This document shows, piece by piece, positions 1 to 13,245 of a DNA stretch of 64,000 nt (positions within the stretch are counted from its first letter, which is position 1; each line of letters opens with the position of its first letter). The DNA is from Octopus sinensis (taxonomy: Eukaryota): contig NC_043006.1 in the NCBI RefSeq assembly GCF_006345805.1, positions 41,416,001-41,480,000 on the forward strand, read 5' to 3'. The notes under the pieces are model-generated. The model was not told the DNA's origin. It saw only the letters and a list, made by a program, of their open reading frames with translations, and did no database searches. The translations under genes were made by a program, and so were the position numbers.

Positions 1-163
1 GCTCCATTTTCACACTTGACTCAGTTCAAACACCTGTAAATCAGAAACCATAATTAGTTCAGTGCTGTTTTAATTTGCCACCTAATCTATAGAGATATAA
101 GTAATTGCACATGCAAACACCTGGAAGTGGGTCAGAGGCATTACTTATTGAACGTCCCTCGTA
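1..163 (-). mobile_element. Mariner transposon 5' end (TIR plus start of transposase), continues off the window edge
   Basis: The minus strand starts TA-CGAGGGACGTTCAATAAGTAATGCC, a mariner-type TIR inserted at TA in a (TA)n tract. It is followed by ...AGTGTGAAA-ATG-GAG with the ATG at position 7. Confidence 0.65.
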
Positions 164-202
164 TATATACATAAATATATATGTATATATATATATATAT
201 AT

Positions 203-296
203 ATAAAATGTAAACAAAATGTATATTATATATATATGAATAAAATGTAAACAAAATGTATATATATATATATATATATGAATAAAATGTAAACAA
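203..296. repeat. Short minisatellite, ATAAAATGTAAACAAAATGTATAT.. x~2.5
   Basis: Three copies of ATAAAATGTAAACAA separated by variable (TA)n. Confidence 0.8.
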
Positions 297-887
297 GACT
301 GGAGAAACCCAAGTCCCTCACTCACCCTGTCTTTCACTGTCTCCTTCTCTCTCTGCTTCTTTCTCTGTCTCATCTCCCTCTCTGTCTGTCTGTCTGTCTC
401 CCTCTCTAAACAGGACGCAAGATTTTCATTTTCGTATTTAAATCTTTGCCTTTCTGCAGTCTTGTTTACATTTTATTCATTTCCTAACTAGATGGGAATG
501 TAACAACATGGCAGGCGACACTCGAGATCTGTAGTGAGACACGACTTAATCGATGCATCCAATGAGACCCAGACTGCAAAACCGATGCAAACACAACATC
601 GTTGAACGGAGTCCCACACGTAAAGGAAAATACCAGGACGGGTCGAAACGAACATAGTGCAGATTAAAGTTTAACACCAAATCCATCTTCTCGTTACTTA
701 ATTAATATAATCACCCTAACTGACACTACGGAGAGAGACAGACAGACAGAGAGAGACCCAAATGAAGCATACCACGACTGTGGATGACAACACGTCGCCT
801 ATAAGCTAGCTGTGTGGCGGTGTTCTACTCAATATTTAAACACACTAATCAACTACCTATTAGCCGAAAATATTTATTTCCTCTAAT

Positions 888-1058
888 GGCGGCGAGCTAG
901 TAGAATCGTTACTAAGCCGGGCGAAATGCTTAGCGGTCATTCGTCTGCTGTTACGTTCTGAATTCAAACTCCACCGAGGTTGACTTTGCCTTTCATCCTT
1001 TCGGGGTCGATTAAATAAGTACCAATTACGGACTGAGGTCGATGTAATCGACTTAAAC
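888..1058 (+). mobile_element. tRNA-derived SINE, family M (central CCTTTCATCCTTTCGGGGTCGATAAATTAAGTACCAG domain, Meta-SINE-like)
   Basis: GGCGGCGAGCT head, B-box-like GAATTCAAACTCC and a conserved central domain; many near-identical copies occur elsewhere in the window. Confidence 0.85.
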
Positions 1059-1084
1059 CATTTCTCACATACATGCATACATAT

Positions 1085-1128
<44 letters not shown>

Positions 1129-1371
1129 TATATATTATATATATATATATATGTTTGTATATACATATATGTATATGTTTAGGTGTGTGTGTGTATTACA
1201 TAATACACACACATAAACACACACACACAGACACATATATATGCTTTAATATGAATGTTGTTGACAGTAACATCGAAGTTTCGGACAGCTTAACCTTAAT
1301 TGGACTGGGTACTGAGTAATCTATTCAATGTTAAATTGTCTTAATCCTAACTCGGCAGAAAAACAAACATG

Positions 1372-1373
1372 GA

Positions 1374-1449
<76 letters not shown>

Positions 1450-1489
1450 GATCGATCCATCCATCTATCTATCTATCTATCTATCTATC

Positions 1490-1550
<61 letters not shown>

Positions 1551-1558
1551 TTATTATG

Positions 1559-1593
<35 letters not shown>

Positions 1594-1607
1594 CTCTATC
1601 TATCTAT
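1372..1607. repeat. (TCTA)n tetranucleotide microsatellite
   Basis: Directly visible; source of the 'LSIY' pseudo-ORFs. Confidence 0.95.
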
Positions 1608-2559
1608 TTTTGAATATATATATGGTTACACACACACACATCGATAAAAAGATAGATAAACACATAGACACGCAGGCAGGAACACGCCGACACAGAAGCT
1701 CATACGCATGCCCACACACACATACACACACACTCTCACATATACACATACATACAAACACACGTGTCCCGTCAATCTTGGATCTATTAGTCTGTCACAT
1801 CTGAAATGTCATTGTATAAAATTCTATCTTACGTATAAGCATAGTATTGTTAGTGAACAACTCACTTAAATTAGATATTTATTAATTATTACTTCTTTTA
1901 TTTTTTAATTATAGATTTCAAATGCAATTCTACGGTTTTGAGACCCATTTTTCCTATCCAAAATTGTGATACCTTTTCTCTTTTCTTCTGTGTGATTATA
2001 TTTCCGTCCACCTGAATGTTAACATGTATTTCGTCAGCGAACTATCAAAGCCAGAGCTTATGTTTCAGCACTGTTAAACAGGAGTCTTACGTTAGCGTAG
2101 CTCTTTCAAATCTCTCCTGAGTTTAGGGACAGCATTTACATAATTCTGTTACCTTCATACATACAGATTGAAGACAAAATCATTCATAATTAAATTCCAT
2201 AGAAAATTTAGGCAAATGTCGATAATTCTGTTGGTTATCTAGTTCTTTGTTTTGTCGATCTTCTACGTCTGTATATTTTAGATAAAACCATTAGATATGT
2301 GATTACAAGTCAAATCAATATATTCTATTGAAGATTGCCAAGTGGATTCATTGAATATGGCGAATATTCTGCTTTCTGTCTATTGAAACAACACAAATGA
2401 ATTTGAGATATCACGAATATCTTCATGTTTCCTCTTCCTATGGGGGAAAGCGATCGAATAACTTCTGAAAAACTAGGTCAAGGCATATTTTGTAAGACTT
2501 TTGTATCAATGACGGGAATGGCGACGAGGGACGACGACATGGAGCGATGACGGGGTCGA

Positions 2560-3065
2560 CAATGACATTGAAGGTTGTGGTGGTGGTGACAGTGAAAATG
2601 CTGCTGGTGATGGTGGCAGAGGAGGTGTTGCGGTTGTGGTGGTGATGATGATGATGATGATGATGACGACGACAATGATGATGATGAGGATAACGACAAC
2701 GGTAATCACGATGGTGAGGAATGATAAGGGGGGGGTGGGGGGGTGGGGGGTCATCGTCCACGACAAAGGTAGTGATATCGTTTCTGAGGGAGGTGGTGAT
2801 GCGGGTGGGGGTGATGATGATGATGGATTGATTGAGAAGGAACAGGGACGCATGTTTTGGTTTTAACTCAAATACAAAGCCTCATACATCACATACTAAA
2901 AATTCAATCAACATAGAAAGAAACGGCGGAAAGAAAGAACGAACGAGCGAAGGAAAGAAAGAAAGAACGAAAGAAAGAAAGAAAGAAAAAAGGGGAGGAA
3001 GGAAGGAAGGAAGGAAGGAAGGAAGGAAGGAAGGAAGGAAGGAAGGGAGAGAGAACGAAAGAAGA
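2560..3065. repeat. Low-complexity GAT/GGT tract followed by (GAAA)n/(GGAA)n
   Basis: Directly visible; the poly-His/Ser/Met ORFs here are by-products. Confidence 0.85.
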
Positions 3066-4722
3066 AGTGGAACAAATAAATAATTCGGTTTCATAAGATG
3101 TTATCTCCTAAATTAAAGCAAATACACGCTTTCGAAAGCCATGCAGATTCGATCTTCGATTCTGTTTTGTGAGGAACGGTCAAAGAACTCGTCGTTGATC
3201 ATGCAACATTTGTATTGATCTCATGTCTTAACATGTTATAATAGCAAGCCATTCTGCCTCTTTCCAATCGGAGAAATATTCTTTGATTTTTGATTTTTGA
3301 TTTATTTATTATACGCATGTTCCCCATGCATTGGTTTCTGATTGTTTGCATATCTCGTGTTTGCATCTGTGAATGCCTGTGTGTATATGCGCATGCGTAC
3401 CCTCGAAACACTCATACACACGCACACACAAACACACACCACAAACACAGAAACATATACCAATATGTGTATGTATGTATGTATTATGTATGTATGTCTA
3501 TTGCTGAGTATTGCAAAAAAATAATTTCCTTCAAGTCTGTAAAGGAAATTTGTCAGGTTGTAAGTTTGTAATGGTGTTGAAATTTTACACATTTCGCATA
3601 GTATCGATATATACCACGAAACACAAACTTTGCCCTGTGATCTTTCTAAATAACCTACATACACGAATTAAGATTACAAGTTGTTTCTATTAAATACAAT
3701 AATCCAATCCTTGGATTAAATCCAATTCAAAATCGTTTCTATTTCCTGCATACATGACATAACATGCAAATGTGTGTGTACATATTATATATATACATAT
3801 ATATATATAGACACACACACAAACACACACACATATGTCTGTATATATTTATATAAATATATATGAGTACAAATACTTATACATACACGTATATACATAT
3901 ATAATTATATATATGTGCATGTGTGTGTATATGTATTATATACACATATATGAATGTATACATTTGTATATCTGTAAGTGTATATATAGAATATATAATA
4001 CTTCATATATACAATAATATAATATATAGTTTATATAAATATATGCTATATGTATATTATATATATACGTGATATATAATATAATATATAATACATAATA
4101 TAGTATATATATATATATATAATATATATTATATAGAAATATAATAGATATGCATATAAATACACACATATATATATATATATATATGTATATACAGAAC
4201 ATATAATATAGATATTTAATATATATATCATGTACCTAATATGTAAGTTTATGCATATATGTATGAAGATTGAGTATATACATGTCTGTTATATATATGT
4301 GTGCGCGCGTGTGTATGCATGTGAGTGTGCGTGTGTATGCATGTATGTATATATAAACACATTTATTTCAATTTATTTGATGTACATCTGAAGTTATGTT
4401 TACCAAAGTTCGTGGATCTCAACAGTTTATTTATTTTTATTTTATTTTATTTGTTCTACTACCTGGTATAGCTTCAATAACATTAGAACATCAAATTAAC
4501 GAAATTTTCCTTTCTGTCTGTTTACATTAGAAAATCTATGGCGTTATGTTCCATATTTTTTCGCTTTATTGGAATTCGCCAGATTTACCAATTTACTCAA
4601 TTCCTGTCGTTGCAAGATCAAATTTCTAATATCCAATATTTGAGAAAACGTTAATATTAAACAGATCATTGTGGAATTGTGTGCATATGAGAGAATACGA
4701 ATGTGTGTGTGTGTATGTGTGT

Positions 4723-4754
<32 letters not shown>

Positions 4755-6159
4755 GTGTGTTGTGTGTGTGAGTGTTTGTGTTAGAGTATGACATGGTGGT
4801 GTTGTGGAGCTTTTGTGGCCGGGTGTAAAAGAAAGGAAAAGAAAACGGCCTATAATACACAATCATAACTTCTTAGAATGATATCTTAATTAAAAGCGCA
4901 AGCGCACAGTTAATGTGTCTCGCTTACATTTCAAACACACATGCACACTTACTCGTACACTTCCTTTCACACATACATTCGTACGTACATACTTACATAC
5001 ATACATATATAAATAAGAACGTATATGCATGCATACGTACGTTTATGCATACACACATGCATGCATATGGACTTATACACATACATATATATTTATATAT
5101 ATATATATATATTTATGCATCCTTATATACATAAATAAAAGCATTATACATATTTATTTCATTAATATATATATATACATATATTTCCGTATGTACATAA
5201 ATATTTACGTGTACATACATATACTATATACGCTCATATATATGTATATTATATATTATGTGTACGTATATACGCCTATCTCTCTCTCTCTCTCTCTCTA
5301 TATATATTATATATATATATATACACCCACAGAGAAACATATACACATGCACACAAACACGCACAAACAGACATACACTTACACACACATATACTCAATT
5401 TTATATATAATTATATGTCACTGGATAACATACATGCATATACATATATATATATATATATATACATTATATATATATATATATATATCTATATATATAG
5501 ATATATCTATAATATTATATATATATTATATATATATATTTCCGAATGTACATGAGCGAATGCGTTATTATGTTTGTGTGTATGACTCGCATGTGCGCTT
5601 GTATGTGTGCATGCATATATGTATATAAATACGCGCGCGTGTTTGTGTGTGTTCAAGTGTCTTTCGATGAATGAATAGTAAGGAGATTGCTATGACTTAA
5701 TGAAATAGGCGACTGTGACATATTTTGTTGCCAAACAAGATGGCGCTCAACTACGCCCCGCACATCAGCCACGTTTTTCTATCCAATTTCTTCATGTATA
5801 TATTGTTGAATAAATATCAATATAAGAGTACCTTCGTTATTTCTGGCTATTAATTGTATTGTTGTTTGCCTGCTTGTTTATTTCATCGGTAGCAATATAT
5901 ATATATATTATATATATATATATATATCAACCACTTGCGCATATAGAACTCGATATATGAGAACACGAGGCCATATATACATAAATGCATAAATACATAT
6001 ACACAAACGCATATAAGTACACACATAATCATATGCATATATTAATATATATATGTTCATATATGTTCTTTGTTTTATATATACATGTGTTATGTCTATG
6101 TCTATGTATATTAGCGCGCTTCCTCGGATGTGTGTGAGTGTATATATATATATATATAA

Positions 6160-6312
6160 ACGACAGACTTTTTTCTGTTTCATTCTTCGAAATCCACTAA
6201 CAAGGCTTTGGCCGGCCCGAGGCTAGAGTACAAGACACTTGCCCAAGATGGTACGCTGTGAGACTGCACCCGGAACTATGTGGTTGGTAAGCAAACTACT
6301 TACCACACATTC
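6160..6312 (-). mobile_element. CORE-like tRNA SINE head, family C
   Basis: Reverse complement contains ...CTTGGGCAAGTGTCTTGTACTCTAGCCTCGGGCCGGCCAAAGCCTTGTTAGTGGATTT, matching copies at 47.5k, 50.6k and 51.5k. Confidence 0.8.
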
Positions 6313-6557
6313 ACGGTTCGTCCATGTTTGGGCAAATCGACCCCAGTAATTATTTTATGTCTGGTACATATTCTAGAGGCCTCTTGCTGTCGAACCGCTG
6401 CGTAACGTGTACGTTAATGATTACAAATCGGCCGTGAAGGGGCAGGGAACAAATACAAACACACATACACATATATACATTAGTATACATGCACACAAAA
6501 ACGCATCTATCTGTCTATTTATGTACAGGGATATAGTATTTTTTTATTTCTTTATGC

Positions 6558-6846
6558 GCCCTTTACAGGCTCATGGGTCCGGTTTCCCGGTTTCTATGGT
6601 ATATGCCTTCCCTCAGCTGGACGGGACGCCATTCCATCGCACCGTTACACAAGGAACAGGAAGAAAGAGTGAGAGAAAGTTGGGCGAAAGAGTACAACAG
6701 GGGTCGCCACCATCCCCTGCCGAAGCCTCGTTGAGCTTTAGGTGTTTTCGCTCAATAAACAAATACAACGCCCGGTCTGGGAATCAAAACCGCAACCCTC
6801 CGACCGCGAGTCCGCTGCCCTAACTACTGGGCCATTGTGCCTCCAC
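6558..6846 (-). mobile_element. Full-length tRNA SINE, head A plus V-domain-like tail
   Basis: Minus strand GTGGAGGCACAATGGCCCAGTAGTTAGGGCAGCGGACTCGCGG... with A/B boxes; tail GCGATGGAATGGCGTCCCGTCCAGC...CATAGAAACCGGGAAACCGG. Confidence 0.85.
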
Positions 6847-6899
6847 GGGATGTAGTATATATGCATATGCTCTATACATATTTCCAATGTAGTATTGCA

Positions 6900-7690
6900 A
6901 GCCCAGGATTAAACTTGTTCCGTAACAAGGGAAATCACATTAGTGACAAAGAATCCTCTCTGCACGTATTACTAAGATGACAACGATGTGCAAGCGAATG
7001 AGAGATTAGATTTTGATATTATTCAGAATGCGGAAAAAGAAGCCTTGTTGTTGATGTATAAAACATTCTTGCTCAGTCGTTGGATTACTCTTCGCAATCA
7101 CATTCGCCCAATTCGCTACGAAGCGACAAATTAACAGCAGAATTTGAGGCGGTCAACGTTAGTAGACCAAACAGATTCTGGCTCCGTGCTACAGATCAAC
7201 TACTAGGAGACGATATAAGAGCTGAGGCACTGCTTCCTGGAGAGAAGTCGCAGTGATACATGTATGAGAGATCTTGGAATGTTTGACACCGAAATTTGGA
7301 ATTGAAAACTATGCTGATGATCATACTAGACGCCAATACATAGTACAAACGACGCTGCAGTTTCAGTCCAGAGTAAGAACCAAATACTGTAACAGCATAG
7401 GGTTCAAAAACCTACAACATTTCAATAACTTGCCAGAAGGCCTCTGAGATATACGGGCTATAGTGAAGAATTACAAAAATTCTTATTTTTATATTCTTAT
7501 TTTATAAACACACATCATGGCAGCAAACGCAAAGAAGTACAGCACTTACCGCCTCATTACTTCCCCAAGACCAATTCCGGAGACAGAACCAGGAAGTATG
7601 TCTAAAATAAACAAGTATTAGCGCTAATGGCGTGCCTCATCATGACCACAACCTCAGGCAGAAGAAACTGATAATGCAATAGTGCAAAAA
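6900..7690 (+). mobile_element. Degenerate CR1-like LINE 3' fragment (RT C-terminus and 3' UTR)
   Basis: Broken frames give LLLMYKTFLLSR, EFEAV, PKFGIENY and SPVRTKYCNSIGFKNLQHFNNLP-like segments, typical of the CR1-group RT tail; many stops and frameshifts. Confidence 0.6.
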
Positions 7691-7818
7691 GATATACTTA
7701 TTAATATTATATATATATATATAGCAATAAAAGTCAGCCATATTTAGGTGGCAAATTACTTCACGAATATATAGATATAATATATTATATATATATAGAT
7801 AAATATATATATTATATC

Positions 7819-7851
<33 letters not shown>

Positions 7852-8404
7852 ATATATATTAATATATACATGCGTATATATGTATGTATGTGTGTATGTA
7901 TGTATGCGTGTACGTATAGGACTATAAATGTTTGAGAAAAAAATTTTGTTTGAATAGCGAGAGTAAAGTTCAAGAATGAGAAGAAGGAGGATAGGAAGAT
8001 GAAGGTGAGTGGATGAATTTGTTTGGAGAAGTATCGTGTGGACAAAGAAACATTGATGCCAGGTGAGTACGAAGTGGGGAGATGGGCGTCATGGTACCAA
8101 TGAAAAGGTAAACACGGACAAAGTGATGCGGTAGAGTAATAAGAGTAGATGAGGCGACAGGGAGCGGAGTAGCGGGAGGTATGGACGTAGGTATAGAAAT
8201 ACGTTGTGATTGGGTATAGAATTTTTGTGATAATGAGGAAGAAGAGAAAGAAAATGTGTGGACGTAGATGTAATGATGAGGAGCACATTGGGCGAGAATG
8301 AAATGTGTGATAATGGTGATAATATCAATGTGTATATAATTGATGTAAAATACTTAATAACATGATAATTTTAATGACAGACATGAAGATGTTGAAGATG
8401 ATGA

Positions 8405-8808
8405 GGATGAGAAAAAGAAAAGAAGAAATAGAAGAAGAAGAAGAAGAAGAAGAAGAAGAAGAAGAAAAAGAAGAAGAAGAAGAAGAAGAAGAAGATGATG
8501 ATGATGATGAAGATGAAGATGATGATGATGAAGTAGACGATGATGAAGAAGATGAAGATGAGGATGATGAGGAAGAAGACGAAGAAGAAGAAGAAGAAGA
8601 AGAAGAAGATAATGATGAAGAAGATCATGATAATGATGATGAGGACAATGATGAAGAAGACGAAGAAGGAGAAGAAGAAGAAGAAGAAGAAGAAGAAGAA
8701 GAAGAAGAAGACGACGACGACGACGACGACGACGAAGAAGAAGAAGAAGAAGAAGAAGAAGAAGAAGAAGAAGAAGAAGAAGAACAACAACAACAACAAC
8801 AACAACAA
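8405..8808 (+). repeat. Compound trinucleotide array (GAA/GAT/GAC/CAA)n
   Basis: Directly visible; gives an open poly-E/D/Q frame. Confidence 0.95.
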
Positions 8809-10035
8809 GTTATCCTGAAGGCAGAAATACTAATAAAGGATGGAACAAGAATTACTGAATGGAGTAAGGGTGTGCTGAAGAATGTCGGCAGCAAAATTAG
8901 GAAGAAGCTCACAAAACTTGAATGCTTTCAACACCAATCAGGTGAGGATCGGTTATAGAGAAAAGGAATTGAAGAAAGATGAGGGTTGATAATTGTTGAA
9001 GAGGAAGTGGAACTTGAAAAGATAAGTTTATGTTTATATCAAGAGGAAAACGAAGAAACACTCCTAAGGGAGGTAATAATTAACGGATAGTGTACGGGAT
9101 GGGCAAAACGTAAAATAATATAAAAAGAAATGAGGTAAATGGGAAGTAAGAGATCAAACTTTGAAGGAGAGAAGATTGACTTAGCGCTTTTCAAAAAACG
9201 AAAAAAAAACGGGATGTAAGGGAAGATAAATAAAAAATGATGTTAAAGAATGAGACCAAGGAAAGTATATTGGTAGAACGAAATCAAGCTCGAAGGGTAA
9301 ATTGGAGGAAGAGGTTGATAGATCAGCAAAACTGCTCATAAAGATATTGAATATGTAACGATTCAGATGGAAAATATTGTATCAGAATGCGTGAAGTCAG
9401 CTCAAAATGAATACAAGAAGTGTAGGCATGATAAAATTTCTGTAATAATTCATTGGAATACTTGTAAAACATTTGGTTTTGCATAGAGAGAAAAAAAATT
9501 GTAGTTGTTCTTGAGAAAGTAAAAATGACAGCCGTCGAAAACGATGAAGTGAAATTGCTGAGGGATTTACCAATTAAAACGAAGAGGAAAAAGAGAAAAA
9601 AAAGATTGGATATTGTAGTCGTTGACAAGAAGAAGCTATATATTATAATTGATATGGTATTCTCATTTAACATGAGAGATAAAAGAAAAAGAAATGAAAA
9701 ATAGATTATTATACCAACGTAACTAAACTGATAAGATTAGGATACTGCCAATTAATATAGATATCTTGGGAACAAGAGCAAAAAATTTGAGAACGAATCT
9801 TGAAAACCACGATCTTAATTTGGAAGAGGATGCAATGCAGAACACCTGTTCATTAGATGCGAATGTCCTCAGAACAAAGAAATTTAAAAAAATGTAATTA
9901 CAGAAAAAAAACGCTTTATGAAGAAATTACAGAATGCTTATCATCCTTGATCATATGTTGTGGCTCGACAAGATATATAATTAAATTGGACACAACACGA
10001 ATTCCTTGAAGCAACAGATCAGAATAATTACAATG
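8809..10035 (+). mobile_element. 5'-truncated, degenerate R4/Dong-clade non-LTR retrotransposon (RT thumb, CCHC remnant, restriction-like endonuclease)
   Basis: Segments ITEWSKGVLKNVGSKIRKKLT..DRL, GLIIVEEEVELEKISL, ENIVSECVKSAQNEYKKCRHDKISVIIHW, VENDEVKLLRDLPIKT, RLDIVVVDKKK..IIDM and LPINIDILGT occur in the conserved R4-clade order. Confidence 0.8.
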
Positions 10036-10148
10036 TGAAATTCCAACACCTATATCCCTGAGAACTGTGTCCAGAAGGTCATACTAATATGTGCAGATCG
10101 GTTTCGACATGACTCCTCAACAGGATAAAGATAGATAGTAATTTTAAC

Positions 10149-10491
10149 AACAAGAGTACTCAGAGAGCGCAAACCACCACAAGGCATCATCAATGTCCTC
10201 TCAACGATTAGCCACAGATGGTTTTTTAAATGAGAATATCTGAAATAACCTCGACTGCTCTCACAAAAGAGAATACTAAAAATGAACCCAACCGCTTCAA
10301 AGATTACGTATAAAACAGGAAAAATAATCCAGAATCTTTGTCCGGTACCGCATCAATCCCCAAATCTAATCGGTTCGTGCCAGTCACGGACGCAAATATC
10401 CCTGAAAGTTTCATTCGAATCCATCCAGCGATTCTTGAGATATCTTGCCCACGGACAAACAAACAAACATGACTCAAAGCGGAGGTAATAA
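10149..10491 (-). mobile_element. Non-autonomous Helentron/HINE-like element (family assignment tentative)
   Basis: Minus strand begins TTATTACCTCCGC and ends CCTTGTGGTGGTTTGCGCTCTCTGAGTACTCTTGTT, i.e. a decayed subterminal inverted repeat plus a short 3' hairpin, with an internal (CAAA)n. Confidence 0.5.
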
Positions 10492-10879
10492 TGATTTTCG
10501 AACAAGACAAGCAATTTTAATGGAGGCGATATATATTTGAATATATATAGATTGTAACCGTGCTGAAATTGTTAATTTGCTTCCTTCCCAAGGCCCTCTC
10601 CCTAAGTTTGGTTTTGGTAAATGAAAGAGTTGGCCATCGTTTGCATGTCATTCTCTGCTGTGGGTATATCCGAAGTGTGAAGTAAAAACTTTGCTGATGT
10701 GCTTATTTTTAATACGTCCGTTTCTACGTGCCATAGATAATTAGCCTTCAACCATATGCTGTTATAGTATTGGGTCCTTAATATAGAGGGAGAGGGTGGG
10801 ACCTTTGCAATTGCTTGCAATCACTTGTATAAGTGTATGTATTCATGATGTATGTATGTACGTAGGTATGTATCCGCAC

Positions 10880-11034
10880 GCTTAGATGTGTGATAAGAAG
10901 TTTGCTTTTCACCTCTTGGTTCCGGGTGAAGCTCCATTGCATGGCACTTTAGGCAAGTGTCTTCTACTTTAGCCGCGATCTAACCTTGTAAGTGAATTTG
11001 TTAGACGGAAACGGGAAGCAGAAAGAAACCCGTC

Positions 11035-11035
<1 letters not shown>
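10880..11035 (+). mobile_element. CORE-like SINE head, family C (diverged)
   Basis: GGCACTTTAGGCAAGTGTCTTCTACT...GTGAATTTGTTAGACGGAAAC...GAAACCCGTCG followed by (GT)/(TA)n. Confidence 0.75.
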
Positions 11036-11066
<31 letters not shown>

Positions 11067-11073
11067 GTGTGTA

Positions 11074-11145
<72 letters not shown>

Positions 11146-11146
11146 A

Positions 11147-11179
<33 letters not shown>

Positions 11180-11289
11180 TAATAAAAAGAATTCCAACCT
11201 TGTCTGATTTTCACGTTTTATTTACAATCTTATAATGATATATTATAAGATAATATATTATAATTGAATAAAATAAAATGAAATAGTAG

Positions 11290-12971
11290 AATGTTAAATA
11301 TTCATTCTGATTGAACTAGTACTTTCATGCATTGAATTCTGCAATCTTCGGGTTCATGTAGTAGTGTTGACAGTCATGCTTCACAATTTTTGACTGTAGC
11401 AAGATGATTGATTCTGTGCTATAAATACAGCTGGGAGAGGCTCCAGAGTGCTAGGTTTTGCAAACTGTATTCTGACCAATCACTGTGTAGTATCACTCAA
11501 TTACTTAAGCTGATTGGTTGGTTGAGCTGATTGGTTTAGGCATCACGCTTTGTTAGACATGTCAAGAGTCCTGTATCTTGACCCTGGCCGAAGCAGCAAT
11601 TGTTGAGTTATTTTTAGAAATGTTGTAAATATCCTTTGTCAGAGATTTTTTATATTTTTATATTTCAATTGTCATCATCATCATTGTCAGCACCTTAATT
11701 ATTGTTGCTAGTGGTGATGGTGGTGGCAATATAACTTTTAACCCTACTAAGATAATTTTCCTGCTATCTTCATCTTGATCACCTTTATTTGTTGTTGTTG
11801 TTAGTGGTCATGGTCGTAGCAGTGGAAGTAATACCTCTAAGTATTATTATTATTGCTTATTTAGCTTGGTTCGAATTTATCAATAAAATTCTTTTCTCTG
11901 ATTTTCCTCTCGATTTCACTTGGGCTGTGTAATTTGTAGAATGGAAATATTATATATATTTTCCGACCACATGTTGCTAGGTGGTTACTCAAAGGTATCT
12001 GACGGACTCTGGGTCTCTAATCTGTTGCCGGTGTACATGTGAGCGTTCTAATAGTGCGTTTCCCGTCTGACCTACATATATTTCTTCACAATTTGGGCAT
12101 TTGATGCAGTAAATTAAATTTCTGCTTTTGCAGTTCATATTCGCGTTTGTGAATATTTTCCCGGTTTTTGTGTTTATATATTGACCGGTATGTATGAATT
12201 GGTGCATGTGCCACATCGGCTATCATTGCATTTAGATACCGTGAATGTTTGGTCTTTGTTGCTGAGGTCAAATTTTGCCTTTGTTAGTAATGTTTTCAAG
12301 TTTTTAGGCTGTCTTTTACTAAGCACCATAGCTCGATCCGTGATTATGTCTTTTAATTCATTACTTTGGGCAATGATTGGTAGGTTGCTTTGGCAATGTT
12401 GAAGATATTCTGGTGACATGGGTTGTGTGTCACTATGAATGGTATGACTTGTTCTTGTTTTTCCTCTTCCTTGGGTTGTCCTAAGTTTTGTATGGGTATT
12501 TTTATAGCCCGCTGTATGCCATTTTCTATAAGTAGAGATGGGAATTTTTGTTTGAGCAAAAATTCTCTTAGTTCTATTAGGCGTTTGTTCCTGATATTTG
12601 CATCTTCTACAATAGTACAAATTCTTCTGGCTAGGCAGTATGGGATGTTACGTTTTGTATGTGGTGGATGGCACGACTTAAAATTTAGGTATTGATGTGT
12701 GTCTGTGTGTTTATAGTATATATCTGTGGTGATGGTGGTTTTTTTCATTACCATTATATCCAGGAATGGTAATTTGGTACTACTCATCTCTTTGTAAATT
12801 GGAGAGATGGGTGTAGGTTGTTCAGGAGGATATTGAACTCTTCCAGAGTATTTAGAGATTCTGTCCAGATTATGAAAGTCGTCTAGGTATCTCTTCCATG
12901 CCTTTTCAATATACTTTCTAAATCCAGTGCCATAGTTTACCTCCACCTCTTGGTAGAGTTGTTCTTCTAAG
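11290..12971 (-). mobile_element. 5'-truncated Penelope-like element (Neptune-like Cys linker): RT C-terminal half, GIY-YIG endonuclease and 3' pLTR-like region
   Basis: Frames give WKRYLDDF (RT catalytic motif), KLPFLDIMV, TDIYYKHTDTHQYLNFKSCHPPHTKRNIPY (PLE thumb), CNDSRCGTC linker and NLIYCIKCPNCEEIYVGQTG (GIY-YIG). A frameshifted continuation PLSNHLATC..FPFYK..FIDKFEP runs to ~11860. CCAAT/TATA-like motifs and a hammerhead-like motif lie downstream. Confidence 0.9.
11312..11356 (-). ncRNA. Minimal type-I hammerhead-like motif at the PLE 3' end (U4C core variant)
   Basis: TGAAC-CCGAAGA-TTGCAGAATTCAATGCAT-GAAA-GTAC-TA-GTTCA: 5-bp stem I, TGCA/TGCA stem II and palindromic stem III AGTACT. 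Confidence 0.65.
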
Positions 12972-13129
12972 TATATATATATATATATATGTATATATAT
13001 GTATATATGTATATATATATAGAGAGAGAGAGATAGATATATGCATATATAAATATATATACATATAATATATAGATATATATGCATATATTATATATAT
13101 ATAATATAGATATATATGCATATATATAT

Positions 13130-13176
<47 letters not shown>

Positions 13177-13209
13177 TATATATATATATATATGTATATA
13201 TATATGTAT

Positions 13210-13245
<36 letters not shown>

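Noticed and set aside
480-720. Possible first exon or promoter (AACAAC-ATG-GCAGGC...)
   Set aside because: The frame closes after 8 codons, there is no convincing splice donor and no recognisable protein.
10095-10125. Hammerhead-like relic on the minus strand (CTGTTGA...GAAA-CCGA-TC)
   Set aside because: Core A6 is altered, stem II is weak and stem I does not pair.
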